From Tubulanus polymorphus (taxonomy: Eukaryota > Animalia > Nemertea): DNA of 64,000 nt. Shown in pieces: positions 46,445 through 63,735 of this stretch. Positions within the stretch are counted from its first letter, which is position 1, and each line of letters starts with the position of its first letter. Where the stretch lies: positions 8,928,001 to 8,992,000 of the forward strand of contig NC_134025.1 of assembly GCF_964204645.1 (NCBI RefSeq), written 5' to 3'. Below the pieces are notes generated by a model. It was not told the DNA's origin and made no database searches. It worked only from the letters and a program-made list of their open reading frames with translations. Made by a program: the position numbers and the translations under genes.

Positions 46445-48914
46445 TCAGCATCAACAATCGACAATGTTTTTATCCAATCTGTCGCGTCACAGCATCATCA
46501 CCGTATCCATGCGCCGAATCAGCGACTGCTCTCGAGTTTAATGGAAATCGAAGGTCTTATAAGTTGATGTCATTAACATGTTTGGCCCAACGGAAAGTTC
46601 TTCGCGCGAAGTGACGCTTTTACCATACTTAACCATTATGATGCATTTCTAATGAAGAAAAACGCTTTTCAAAAGTTATTCGGTTGTAGTTCAAAAAAAT
46701 CAGAGTCACTGTTTGTGTTCATGGGCCATTGTGTCGGCGCGCGGAGGAATACAAATTTATTCAGTCTGTCGTACTTGGGTCTGATAAAAACAGACGACAA
46801 TGCCACCGACACGTGCTCGCTCGTGGCTATTGATTCGGTATATCAGGAGTTTTTTTAAATGGCAATCGCCCAAGGTACGCCGAGAGGTCAACTAAAAATA
46901 TGCGATGCAATAAGCAAACGATATTCGTCACAAAATTCCAAGTTTTTTCTATAGACGCTTCGCATATATTTTGCGGTGTATTCGGCAAAAGAAGTCGACA
47001 ATTTCATTGTAAAGTTTGAAATTTAAATACTTTGATATTGATTTCCAGAAAGAAAAATAGTTTAAGCATACAGGGCCCGGCTCCACAGTTTTAACTGTAA
47101 ACAGAACCAGTTCACATCTCCAAATCTCCGTTTCGATATGTCCCTCTTATCTATTTGACTGATTTTGATTTGATTTGTTTTGATCTGGTATCCCTTATAA
47201 ACCCACCCAATCTGCGGCGAGGAACGAAACAGGGGGTTTGATTTAATGTTTTAACCAGAGCCAGGTTTTTATCCAGAACTGTGGAACTGGTTTCCGGGCG
47301 CTCGCGAAAAATGACTTTCTGTGATTATCTATTGTACACTTGTACACAAATGTATTTTCGCTTTTAGCGTTTGTTTTTAATTTAGTTTGTAGTGTGGCAT
47401 TCAAACAAATTTGAATGTTTTCCATTAGCGGGTGGTTGTAACTTTAATGGAAGCTTTGGATATAGTTAAAACGAGTACATTATCGGTGAAATCGAGATGA
47501 AGTAACAAGAGAACAATCAATTTAGCGTTATCTGTTTTGAGGTTAAAACTTTGAAATAGCTCACTTTTCCCTCGGTATGAATCAAAACTCTATCGATATA
47601 AAAATATAGTCATTCCATTGCGCCTAGCATCGCCATCTATCAGAAGCTTTGACGAACAGTAACGTCACTCGACCGCTGTGAGGTCCGTCAGGTTGTTGAA
47701 ATTTGACAAATTTACCCCAATTCGTAGTATACCCCTATAATCCAAGTAAACCTCGAAAATAGTATTGAAGGTCTCGACAAGCGTTCTTAAGATTGACATT
47801 CAGATGTTCTATATTTTTTGCTGGTATACGGCGAAAAAACCTCCGAGCATTGTTTGAATAGAAGTTCGGTATTTGTGGCTGAACGCATCGCCCCAGTGAC
47901 AAAACCGGGACAAAATTGTCGGATTAAAAGACAAAGCTTAATGATGCCATTTCTGTTTAAAATGCAAATTGTATCAGAGTCGCAGTCGAGAGGGTAATTG
48001 AAGGGATTATTTATCTTGACGAGGCGCGTGAATAGAAAATACACCCACTCGCTTCTGCATCCCATCTGTTGGATTTACACCGCAGAATGTGTTCAGGTAA
48101 ATAGTGGACCTTTAAAATATGCACTCTAAATAGGTGCGTGAAATTGCAGCCACCTGCAAACACGAAATTCGTTAACTTGATCAAAGATCGATCGATCTAT
48201 CAAAGCCAAGGTTGCTTTGCTTTGACCTTACGATTGACTTTTTTTGGACGCGACGGGAAATGAATAAAGAGAAATTATCACTCACTCCATCAGTATATTG
48301 AACAACTGCCGATTCTTATTTGCTAAGGAAATACCAGAAATCCGACAGAAATCCTAATTTCCTCCGCGAAAACCAGTTAATGCCGGCTGCGAAATTCGCG
48401 CACACGAGGAGCTTTACTTTTGGTCGGCCAGCATGAAGCGGCAACTGTGCGGAACTCCCGCGAGACTCGTTCATCAGTCACCGGGTAACGTTGCTATTAC
48501 GGCGCGGTAATCACCATCCGTCGTTACTAAAGCCCAGGTAGTCGCGAGGCGATTTACCGGCTAAACCAGCCGCCAAAAGAGTAGTCACCAAATCAACCAA
48601 GCGCATCAAATAATATCATCCATTGGTAATATCAGCGATGGATTGGTGTACAGGTCTATGGTCCCGTAGCCGTACGACCCGTATCCAAACATACCACTTG
48701 ATTACAAAATTCTTGCGCATAATTATCGGTTGACACAAATAATGAAACGCTTTTTGACAAGTATTTTCTCAGCAATTCAGTGTATTTCACAGACTGATCT
48801 GGGGATGGTATCATCTCAATAAGTCCGCAAATTCCTAATCCTTACACGATAGAAAACGCTGCTGCATCACACACGAAATAAACAAAACATACTATTTGTA
48901 ATTACGAACTTAAT

Positions 48915-48920
48915 TTTATT
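48915..48920 (-). terminator. Candidate poly(A) signal of PATL1 (AATAAA), implying a 3' UTR of about 2 kb
   Basis: AATAAA at the boundary between AT-rich UTR-like sequence and the CpG-rich Runx B upstream region. Confidence 0.45.
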
Positions 48921-50867
48921 GCATTGATACTGAAAACATACATGTACTTAAATCATCACAACCTTCTATGAAAGGATTAGGAATTAAAGAAGCGGTGTCT
49001 ACTATTCTTTCCGTTCAAATATTATATTGTATACCAACAATTCCCATGAATCATCAAGCTTCCCTACGTTTTGACTTTGCTTATTTCACTCTACAGGTGA
49101 TTACGTCATTCCAAAATTCAAAAATAGAGTATTATTTGGAATATGTAGTTTAACTGCCTTCCTGGTTTTAACATATTCGCCAGTAGAACAAATAAGAAAT
49201 TACGTTATCAATTCGTCACATAATTTTTCTCATGAACTTTGACCGGAAGCCACAAAAATAAATAAGTTGCATACATTAAGTATATAACATAATAAGCGTA
49301 ATCATAAAAAGTTAATAATGAAGTGAAAGTTTGAATACAAAAGTATAAGAATAGTGGACCCAGTTTTAATTTCAAGTTCTTATCAGAAAACGCGAAGATT
49401 CCGAAAACATAGATCAGGATGCAATACGATGTTATTATCGTCACATTAAATTCCAAATGGGTTCATTGATGTTCGCGAGTCCCGAAAATCACGGCCCATA
49501 TCATTACTGAAGACAATAAGCTCACTAGTGAAATCAAGTCATACTACGATATTTCTGGCGGACAAACATAAATTCCATAGCACATTTTTTAGTCTTGGTT
49601 AAATTTGGTTTCATCTCATTATACTGCATTAAAGCAGTGAATGATAATTGTTAATAGTTAAACGATATCACTAGCAAATATACCGTAATCACGAACAAGA
49701 AAATTCGAATACATTTACAGATTCCAGTCAGTAGATAGTAAAGAGATGTTAAAGTCAATGTGAAATACACGAAATTATTCAGAATCGGGAATTTTGCAGT
49801 TACAATTTGCACAAAAAAAAACCAAGGCGATTCCTTCGATAACGGGGCTTATATAATGATATTTTAAATATACACCAAATGAGCATCTCTCGCCGCGCTA
49901 AAATAGAGAAGGCTCTAATAATCACTCCGCAAATAGCCAAAGCAGAAAATGGAGATAAATGAGAGAACTAATATCCTGTGTTGTTTGGCATAACAAATGT
50001 CGCCAGGGCCTAACATATGACGCCCCACAGGTATTCACGTATGACAAGAAAAACAAAAATATTTACACACAGCGCATGGATTTTTAATCATTTTTTTCCG
50101 AAAAATTCCCGCGGATAATCGATTATCCAAATATTCAGAATACCACACACAATACGTACGCCCAATAATCTATGGTATATGTACAAACACAGAGGTGGTT
50201 AGAATTGGTAGAAATTCGTCCAGAACATTATCCTACACGGTTCCACGGACACTTCTCTGATCAAGAAAAAGAAATGTTTTTTCTCAATAACATCAAATGA
50301 ATCGAATTTCTACTACAAATGATGTCGACAGTTCATCTTATCAAAATTGTTTCCTTCGCGACCTTCAAAGATCTGCGACTAGAATTGACATAATTTCCCA
50401 AACCACTACCTCGAAATGTGTGGAGGCCAGTAAAACCGTTTTCGAAATCTTATTTTGTGTAACTGCTAATTCAATCCATGCTGGTAATCAGTCTATATAT
50501 GACCAGCACGACCTACGCAGTAACAAATTCACCAAGGACTTCATTTTCTACGCATTCGAATCTATGCACTAGGCTGGCCTATTTTTCGCATAACGCTATG
50601 TATGCTTCTCAACCGCATACATGATCACTATTATAGACCAACCGTGGATACACATTTTTCACTATTATGTAGAAAACTACGTAGAAAAAATATCAAAAAT
50701 CTATTCACAATGTTGAAACTGAGTGAATTTGATGAACTATTTTACAAACATGTGCTTTGTTACTAGAACACCTGTTACCAGAAAAAAATGAAACAATATC
50801 TTTCTAGACGGGTATCAAAATTTTAGTCACAAATTTGATAATTACTCTTTTTAATTTTTCTGATTTT

Positions 50868-53800
50868 TTAATGCAACGTTATTGCCTTCAACTTGTCTTC
50901 AATTGACACGAGCAGTTTGTTTTCGATCAAACGATCGAGGTGCCTCTCCAAGCCGTTGAATTTTTTCAACGGATGACAAATACTCGTTTCTGATAAAGTC
51001 GAAAGGTTTTCGCACACTTTCGTTACAAACACCGACCTGAAAGCACAAAATCAGAAATAAACTGTAATCACATGAAACGAGACACGAGGCTTCAATTCAT
51101 ACGGAACATATTTGAATAGATAAAGCAGATATCTTTCAACATACCACAAATTCTGACTTTTTGAGTCGATTTCAATAGGATCATACGAATAAATGCTTTC
51201 TGCCTTGTTTAACAGTTCAAAGATCACAGTAACGCCATACTACAAAGAATAAAACAAAACTTCCGTCTCTACAATGTAATATGAAAATCTACCTCACATT
51301 ATGACGTTCATGATCGATATTCACCTTATTTTGAAGCAATGTAAGTATAGAATTTTGCTGCATAGCCGTCACATTCGCCTTTTGAATTTCCTCAGCAAAC
51401 TGAACTAGATCCGACATTGTGGAATTATGGATGACCTGTGATGTGCTGCCGTAAATAGTCGGTAAAACCTAATTAAGAAAAATATACAAATGACAATACC
51501 AGTGTTATACATGAACTAAATTGTATCCTTAAAGTAGATGTTTATTTTCTGATTTCATACAAACCTCGTCTTGGGCATCTTTTCGGATAATGAATGGAAG
51601 GTTTTTGAGCAACACACACAGCAGACGTGCAGATTGTTCCTGTAATTCATATTTCAATTACAAAATCAGTTTTACAGATTTCTTCCAAGTTTGCTAATAT
51701 TGTTGTAACCAGAATGAAGCGGACAAGCAGATGTGTTTACCTTATCACAAAGAGGAAGAAGTCTGTGGATCAATTTTTTGCCCTTACATACACACATACA
51801 CTGCAGAAATAACTCGGGATTACTGCTATCACAGGTCAAAAGTTCAGCCATTTTACGAATTTTGAATTTTCTTTCTGCATAAAATGGTTGCCTAAAAGAT
51901 GGACAGAATTTAAGGCAACTATACAATACTTCAATAATGCATGTGCCACAGTAAGACAGTATGAATTCTTACCTCTGATCTTCAGGTAAAGTGAGAACCT
52001 TCTTTTCTAAGTCATCAATATCGAGCAACATATCATAAATCTGCAAATACAGTTCATAATTTGAGTTACTGCCACTAATTTGACCTTAATATGATAGATC
52101 TATGCCAAAACATTTTTTGATCCGACAAACTGATTATTTCTTACCCTTTCAATATTGAGAAGAAGTTGCATCAATTTTCTGTTATCTTTTGGTTTGTCTT
52201 TTTCATCTGATTGGTGACTGGTGACCTTAGCGTCGATTATCGTACGTGGGTTGTGTACACTGGATGTGGTCAACTTACCGAGAACACCTTCAAATTGTGC
52301 TGCAAAAAGAATAGATTCACTTCATGAAAATGAATCCCCCCGAAAAGTTTGCGACCAGTAAATGAAATAAAAATCATAAACATACGACCCAAATTGGATG
52401 GATATTAGATCTAATACAAACCAGGAGTATAAACCCTCTCAATCTTAGCCACTTGTGGGAGCAACAGTTTAGGCTCTTTCGAATCATCTTCCTCCATTAT
52501 TCCTTGATCTTTTTTCTTTTGTCGCTCCATTGCCATTTTCTTCAAAGTGAAGGTCTGCAAGTAAGTCAAGATCATGCTATTCATAAGGGACTTGAAGCTT
52601 AAAATAGCATTTGACTACGACTAAGGGTCCAGGAACACCACTAGATGAAATGCTGACAATTTCACTATCCAACACCCTATGCGTACAAATACAGTAATCT
52701 GACCAGCTAGGACTCAGTCCTAAAATCAATTTCCGTTTTTGTTTTTACCGTGTAATAATAATCATCCAAATATGGATTGTCCGTCTGCAACTGAAGCAAC
52801 TGTATTTTGATGATCCAATCTTTTTCCCGCTGCGTCATTATGTTAGCGTACTCATCGACAGGCATTTTCGGAACATCTTCATCAAACCGGTTATAATTCA
52901 AATGGTATCGAATATTGTTACCTCTAGGCCCAGGCGTGTAATGACCTCTGTATCCGCCACGGTTCCTGAATGTGGTAAACCCAAATATCAGACAGATAAA
53001 ATATAGGAGCGATAAACAGTCATTTACAATGAATATTCCCAAACAGTGTTTCCATCATTGCTTGCATTACTTTTTTTAAAATCATGATCAAGCTAAAACC
53101 ATTACAGATCCGGCAGCTATAGAAATGAACTGATTACAAATTTGATTGCGGTTTACAAAATTACCCAGCCAATTGGGGGAAACAAGGTATCATTTTTTTA
53201 GCCTTATACGAATCGTTATAAACCTAATTCATTGCATAAGTTTTAGGTTTGTGGATTTCTTCACTTCTTCCAAATTCTACACGATTAGATTCACATGAAC
53301 ACATTGTAAATTTACCCATTATATGGTGTGCGTGTACGCTGATCACGGTAAAACTGCTGCCTGGGACGTATATGAGTCGGATCAGTGTTTGGCATTCGAG
53401 GAGGCATTCTGTAAAAGTCAAAGATATTGATATATCAAACATAATAATAAACAGGTCCCTGCTCCATCATACGTGTTATCAAATCATAGCCGCACATACC
53501 GAGGTCCGATGGGTGTGTTAGCTAAGAAAGGATATCCAGTAGATGGTGCTGGCCATCCGTCATTTCTAACATTAGGAGGTGAACGGGTTCTATTCACTAC
53601 TCTCGGATCAATCGCCACAGCACCCGCTAAAATGAAAGATTTCACATCAAATTTCATCTACTCTTCCACGATTCCATATAAAATATATCAGTTATGATAA
53701 GTCAGATATTCTCCTTACCCATAGGCTTTGCGAAAGGAGTTCCAAGTAGATGGGGATAGATTTTTTCAGCAACGCTCAGCGGTACAAGAATTGGTGCATT

Positions 53801-56722
53801 ATGCTGATGAATTGGTGGTGATGGCGTACGTCGAAAATTTCCTGGGCTGCCAGCTGAAGTTTAACAAACATAAACTCTGTCCATTGAAGTTGCAATTAAA
53901 ATCTAAATATTGCACCCATTCAGAAAATAAATTTCTGGTTAACTTACCTAATTCAACAGGCGGGGACATTCTTATATGTGAAGGCAGGTTTGGTGGTGTA
54001 ATCCGGCCTTGAGTCATTGGAGACTGTCTACCATCAAAACCCATATTTGAATTCTACAATTGCAAAAATATGTAATTCCTTCAAATATTTTCAAATACCG
54101 GTACCGGTACATAGATTGCACAAAATTGTGTGACCATTATGGTTACCGAATGTTACTATTAACGCAATGCCTCAAATCTGATAATTTCATTTTTCATTTC
54201 TATCTATACCTGTGGTGTTCTTTGTAGAATCCGTGGAGCCTGCGGTGTATTGTAAGGTGTCGAACCAGATATTTTGGGAACAACTGTTGGAGGAGGTATT
54301 CCCATGAACGGAGAAGGACGATTCCTGTTGCCGTGGAGACCTCGTTCCAGTTCTTCAACCGTAATTACGCTCGGCTTTGAAGGTGTAACGTATGGTCGCT
54401 CAATATCAGCTAGTGTCGGAGCATTCGACAAGCTTTTAGCCTTCACTGCAGACACAATGGCTGGATCCTAGCAAACAAATTATGAACACACGTGTCATAC
54501 CATAACAACCACTGTAACATACCAGTATGTTTCCAATAATAGTAACGAAATTTCACACCGACTATACCTCGAAAGATGACGACATTTCTGTAGCTTTCTG
54601 GCCTTGAATTAGCGCCAATAGACCATTCGAAGGACTTTCCCCAGGTGGACGCCATATGTTTTTTGAGCTCGGAGATACCTTAAAATAGATTCAATTTTAT
54701 TTGTAATTAGCGCTGGACACATGAAAATCATCTACATTTAGAGGTTTGAGTAGATTGAGATTTGTATGGGTAAACATCAAACTTTAGACACATTGAATAG
54801 CCTACAAATAGAATATGTAGGATAAAAACATGTCTGACTTACAAGTTGCTCAGTATCCAATAAACCAGGAGGTGAAGCAGGACCAAACAATTCATCTAAA
54901 TCTTGAGCACCCCTCTAGAATAAAAATATTTATCAAGATTTGAAATACAGGCAGCATTTCGAAAAATTAGCACCAATGCGTCAAGTGTACAAATTCGGCA
55001 AATTTTCAGCAATTATCAATTTCTTACCCCTGGTATGGGACGTCCTTTAGGTTCAGCGAGTTCTGAATCATCATCTTCGTCAGAAACCAGATGACTCAAC
55101 TGTTGTTCAAGTTCCTGAATAGAGTGCACAAAAATCACATCTACGATTATTAACAAAATCACACAGGGATTTAGCATTTCTGCGATATATAGATATATAA
55201 TTTCGTACCTCTTTATCTTCTTCATCTGAGGACGATGATTTTTTATAATGAAAACTACTCCGTTCATCGTTGTAGAAGGAATCATTTTCTAAGACTTCTG
55301 CAATTCGATTGTGCGACTCTTCCCAATCACCTACAAGAAAATAGGAAATATTGATGTAAACCTAATTTGGACATATGAAACATCACTGAACTTAATACTT
55401 TCAAAATCGATCTGAAACATCATCTTTTTGTGAAAGCATATGAACTCTAATTCGGTATCACTATCAGTAAAGCGCTGGTGAACATTGTTTCAATGAAACA
55501 GGCGCTATACAAATTTACTATAATTAACCAGAAGCGAATGATATATAAGTGCAGATCATTCAAAAATCAAATCTAATTTACAAGTGTGTAGTAGTTAAAG
55601 GAATATCAAGCACAATTAATTATCAACATTTAGTACTAATATACCTGGATCACAGTCACCGAATGTTTCATCATTCAATAGATCAATATCATCATCTGGT
55701 GGTCCATCAGCAAAAACATCTTCAGCTCCCTTACTCTGCAAAATTAATGATGATAATGGAGACATCAATTACACAATAATAATGTAGCCATCAATCACTA
55801 GGAATTTATCCGACAATGAGTAGTCATCTAATTTTGAAAATCGAACTTCACCCATCCTGCCTTGTACCGACGGCCTGGGGTGATTAATTGGCCAATTAAT
55901 TCATGGTACATGGACGTGGTAATATTAAGATAGTTATGTCTATTTCAAATTTGCTTGAGAGGATATCCAGCAGCATAGCTCAGTCAGTTGTTGTGGGCCA
56001 GACCTGATACAGATTTTTAAGGAACAGAATGGGCTGGCAGTTCAACTAAATCACCAATTTCTAATCCATTTCACACCATATTGAAGGATTGCCAAAAAGT
56101 CTTAATTGAAAGGGGTTGGTTGCATCATAGAAAATATTTCACAATATTTCTTCATGCTTAACTGAAATTTTTTCAAATCATAAAAAAACGATGGTATGAA
56201 GGCATGGATTGGAAATACATGCTTTAACATTCAAATTATTGAGTCACTTGTGACTTGTCTTTATTTAACCTGATTCAATGAAAACTTAATTTACAATCCT
56301 TCATTAATACAGAAAATAAGATTAAAAAGCTATGTTTTACATCAACTGCCAGTCAATTCTGGTCCTATTAAGACCTGTATCATGTATGTTTTACCAAAAC
56401 TGACTGAGCTAGACCACCCGAAATCCTCACAAGCCAAGACTTCTATATTGAGTTGAGACCTCGCCAAAATATATTTTACTCTAGAACAAGCAGGAAGAGT
56501 GAAAGGGCGTGGCCCAAACAACAGTCTTACGCTAACGAGACCCAGGCAAATATAACTTCTAGGAAATAGAAAATACAGAACGAAGAAGGGATTGGGGAAA
56601 TCAAATTAAATTCAACATTATATTTCCAGACACAACCAGTGCGTAGTATTAATTAAGGTAATATGATGAGTCAAACATACAACGAGTTTTGTTCCGAATC
56701 CAAAGAAATTAAAATCAGCCAT
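50868..56722 (-). CDS. PATL1: Pat1 homolog (mRNA decapping activator / P-body protein), about 20 exons
   Basis: Exon 1 [14 protein letters not shown] (56681-56722); LNDETFG motif (55645-55735); DWEESH (55209-55330); [33 protein letters not shown] (about 52749-52965); last exon 50868-51036 with TAA. Confidence 0.93.
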
Positions 56723-57367
56723 TATCAAGTGTCATAATCGTCGGTGGGCAACGCAAAAGTTTGGAAAACGTGTATTTTGACCAGAAATTGCGTCCAATTA
56801 ATGAACCACAGTTCCTACGAACACGAAAAGTGTATCATGTCGTAAATTGATCTCGCAAACTTGAACCAATTCAATTTAATATATTAGCATATACTGACGG
56901 AGTTTGCGCAGATAAAAACATATCAAACAACAATTAGCGATTCTTTTTTACATTTGATTATATTCTATAAACATTTTAACGAAGATATTTGATAAATATC
57001 GAAAATTACATTTCATTTAGCATATACTGACGGAGTTTGCGCAGATAAAAACATATCAAACAACAATTAGCGATTCTTTTTTACATTTGATTATATTCTA
57101 TAAACATTTTAACGAAGATATTTGATAAATATCGAAAATTACATTTCGTCAATTTGTTTTCAAACTGAATGAGGCGCGCACCTGTTCCGCATTATTCCGT
57201 GCATTTCCGACAAAATGGCGATCGTAGGCGGAATTCACCGAATAAATATTTCCGACTGTTTCGGCTATTAAATATACGCCATTAATTTATCATTGACTGC
57301 CAAAAGTACAAAAGCAGTCACGTAAACTTATTTTTAACAATTCGACGAGTATTTATTTAAATATACG
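56723..57367. promoter_or_regulatory. Bidirectional PATL1/DEAF1 promoter region
   Basis: Divergent ATGs 645 bp apart; YY1-type AAAATGGCG at 57212-57220; CpG-rich segment 57170-57265. Confidence 0.75.
56884..57147. repeat. Tandem duplication of a 131-bp unit (period 133)
   Basis: 56884-57014 and 57017-57147 read identically (TTAGCATATACTGACGGAG...AAATTACATTTC). Confidence 0.95.
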
Positions 57368-59831
57368 ATGGAAAGACACGGAGAAGTGGAGTCCGTGATG
57401 GCCGAAGTTGATATTTCCGAAGAGATTCCGAGTGGCGACGATTCGGCTTTCGTCGTCGAAGAGCCCTCGTCAGCTGATCGGGACGAAGTGCACGAAGTTC
57501 AAACAGCTGATGACACGAACGGTCCCGACGACGTGCCCGTGGATGAAGAACACCATCCGATTACGGGTGAAGTGGCCGATCATGTTTTCGCAGTCGCTAC
57601 GTCTCAAGGCTACGTTACGGCCGAACAGCTACGCGAAGCGGGAATTAAAACCACTCACATCGTCATTCAAGATCATAGTTTCGGAGTCGAAGTCGAACCA
57701 CTCAAATCCCCGACGACTCCGTTGCCGCCACCCACCCCATCTACTCCGTTAAGTCGTGAAAAAGGATTCAGATATCAGTGGGATGATTCCGTACATTTCC
57801 CTATTCTACCAATACGGTGTAAAGATGTCAATGGAGAACTTTACAAAGCTAAATTCGGTTCTGGTACGCACTGAAGAATCATGAATCACAGCCACACAGT
57901 CACAGGACTTGTGAAATAACTGATAATAATTAAATAGTAGCCTTATGCATCCAGTAATGAATCAATGTACGGACCGGTGCTGGATATTTTGATCCTGGCT
58001 ATTTGTGGGTCCCTGTGGAAAATAGGACAGTTAGAAAAAACATTTCCTTACCCTTAATTGATGGGTTTTAGATATTAGTTAATTGATAAAAACATGTAGA
58101 TAACTTCAATTCAAGTGATATAGGTCCCTAATTCCTACAATAATTCAATCTCTAACTTTTTTACAGGTGGACGGGGAAAATGTGTGAAGTCAAATGGGCG
58201 TTGGTTTACGCCGAGTGAGTTTGAATCATTTTGCGGCAGAGCCAGTAGTAAAGATTGGAAGCGCAGCATTAGATATGGTGGCCGGACGCTGCAGTGTTTG
58301 ATAGAAGATGGAATGCTGACACCGCATGCAACATCATGTACATGTGCAGCTTGCTGTGATGATGAAGCAGTGGTAATGAAAAATGTTCACAAATAAAAAA
58401 AATAGCGGCCTTTTTGAGTTGACTCCTTGAAAATGTGTTTGTGGGATGTCTTTTTCAGACTGGACCCATTCGACTGTTTGTGCCGTATAAAAGAAGAAAA
58501 CGAGAGAGTGAAAGCGGTAGTCTCGGCGCCAGTCAGCTTAAAAAACCACGTCTCATGTCCACTAAATCATCTTCGTTAACCAACTCGCCAAGTCCTACAA
58601 AAGACACCCAAAGTGGTACATAACACGTTTGTTTAATCTCCCACCTCGTTTTAATTGTTTGATGTTTTAAATGTTTTTGTGTGTTGTTGCAGTTATGGCA
58701 GCACTACACTCGCAGACAGGTCTGCAACACATCAGCCAGCCTACAGTTGTTACTGATGCTGAAACCGGTGATACAGTACAAATTGTTACTACAGACAGTA
58801 GCGGAAACCTAATCACAGCTGGTGGTAAGTTTGATGATTAGGCTGGATGAAGGCAATATTCATGCTAGGAGATGATTGTAGTTAGCATAAGTTCCTTATT
58901 TCATCACAATTCTAATGATATGTAAAGTTGCCATTAAAAATTGGTATTTAAACCTTGTATCGATTTAAAAATATTGATTGATTAATTTTGTAGAAGGCAC
59001 TGTAGTGCAATTGCCAGCACAGGTGAAAGCAAACGCTACACAGCCTCAAACTCAACAGTTTCAGCCTACAATACATCTACAAGCTGGGATAGATGTCAAC
59101 GAACAAAAGCAATGGTGGCAGCTTGAGGAGGTATTTGTCCCAGGATTTTATTCCTTTAAGAGACAGACCAAAAATACAGTTGTGAAAATGTACAATTGAT
59201 AACCATTGCGCTTGTTCATTGCAGATGGCGAATGCTATTATTCAACAGGCTGAACAGTTGAAGGTCTTAATCGCTCAAGCTAAGGATCAAGCTGCATTGA
59301 CTAGGGAAGCCTCTTATCAACAGCTGAAAGCGCAGATGGAAAAAGAAAAGAATGCTGTAAGATTCTTATCAATAATGGTCCTTTTTAAATTAAATTCTTT
59401 TAATGCATAATGTTCATTTACAAACTCATAAATACTAAGAATTTCCTCTGCTAATGTGTTGTTATTTATTTCTTACGTTATTCTATAAGAGTATTACTAA
59501 TACTTCACTGTGCACAAGTATAATGTTATTGATTCTGACAAAATCTATCGTTTAGGCTTTGAATGCTCAACGTATTGAAATGTCGATGAATCTGTCACGA
59601 GCAGTTTTAGAAGAACGAACTCACAAAGATATAGCTGTTCAACAGGCTCTGGCTCAGGCGCGAGCAGATATGCAGGAAAAATCAGGCTTGGAAGGCACTA
59701 CAACGCTAGTTACTGATGATAAAGCTGTGACCTATAGAATAACCTGGGCTGACACATCACCAGATAACCAGGCTACTATGACTATCATTGATCAAGATAA
59801 TGGAAGCGCGAAAAAGGGCCGGAAAACATGA
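57368..59831 (+). CDS. DEAF1: DEAF1-like SAND-domain transcription factor, 7 exons, about 511 aa, no MYND finger seen
   Basis: Exons 57368-57863, 58167-58372, 58459-58615, 58693-58824, 58994-59130, 59225-59356 and 59556-59831. [13 protein letters not shown], followed by the DEAF1-specific [14 protein letters not shown] and [13 protein letters not shown] (NLS) blocks. Confidence 0.93.
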
Positions 59832-60096
59832 ATCCATTTGAACCGTAATACTCCTGCATGTGTTCGATCGAATTTGTTCAACATCTGTCGATATTGGAAA
59901 AGTATTTTTAAAGGACACATTGTGCTTTTATGATCATTTGTATATCGTTTTCATTATTTTTAATTGTAAATATGGATGTGGTGGGTATTTAAGTAATTTC
60001 TCATAAAAAAGCATCCTTTGTCCAATAATAGAGAAAACTAAATTTTCTGGTTAAGTTCTGTGTATACAATACGTTTATGTTGTTAATTAATTGATG

Positions 60097-60102
60097 AATA
60101 AA
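60097..60102 (+). terminator. Candidate poly(A) signal of DEAF1
   Basis: AATAAA about 270 nt after the stop codon. Confidence 0.5.
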
Positions 60103-60721
60103 AACGCTTTATATTTGACATGATATCCAGCTTCTATTTTCTCTCTTGGCTAGATACATGTATGTTCATCTGGTTTCTTTCTAAAAGATATGCTGAGATT
60201 TTCATTCTCATGCATCGAAGGAAACACTGGACTATGAATATTTATTGGTCTGAGATCGTCAAGTCAGACAAGAAATTGAAGACAATTACGATTGATGATT
60301 ATAACTGTATTTTAAAAAGTTCAATGAATTATTGCAACATGTTTTAATAATTAGAATTGGTGCAATCGCTGTGAGACAGTAGCATAAAGCATGACAAGAC
60401 ATCAGAGATTAAGAACTATATGCCAAAATAACTTTCATATTCAACACGAAGCAATGAATTAAACTTTTAACAAAGGAATGAATTATATGAGAATATCACA
60501 TAAATTTGTATCTCAATTCATGGTTATCTATAAATAGAATATATGGCACTGCACAGGTTAATTCACAATTTTATATGTACGGTATCATAGATGAGTCGGA
60601 TCAATATTCTATGATTAATATGCAACAATACTGTTGATTAAAATGTCTGGGAGTTGACTCCATATGAAGACATAAGACACTTCCATTTGATTATGTCCAT
60701 GTTCTGCTGAAATTCCTTAAT

Positions 60722-63630
<2,909 letters not shown>

Positions 63631-63727
63631 CGTGTTCTTAGCTCTTGTTCTACTTGGCTGTATAACGCTAGATGTCAATTCTGATCGCGCTCTCGCGATG
63701 TGCCAACTTGAAATGGAAAGAGCAGTA

Positions 63728-63735
63728 TTTATATA
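63728..63735 (-). promoter_or_regulatory. TATA box of catalase
   Basis: TATATAAA about 100 nt upstream of the catalase ATG. Confidence 0.55.

Noticed and set aside
57368-59831. Alternative assignment as a GMEB or other SAND protein
   Set aside because: The CTCAACCDD and GP(I/V)[10 protein letters not shown] blocks are DEAF1-specific.
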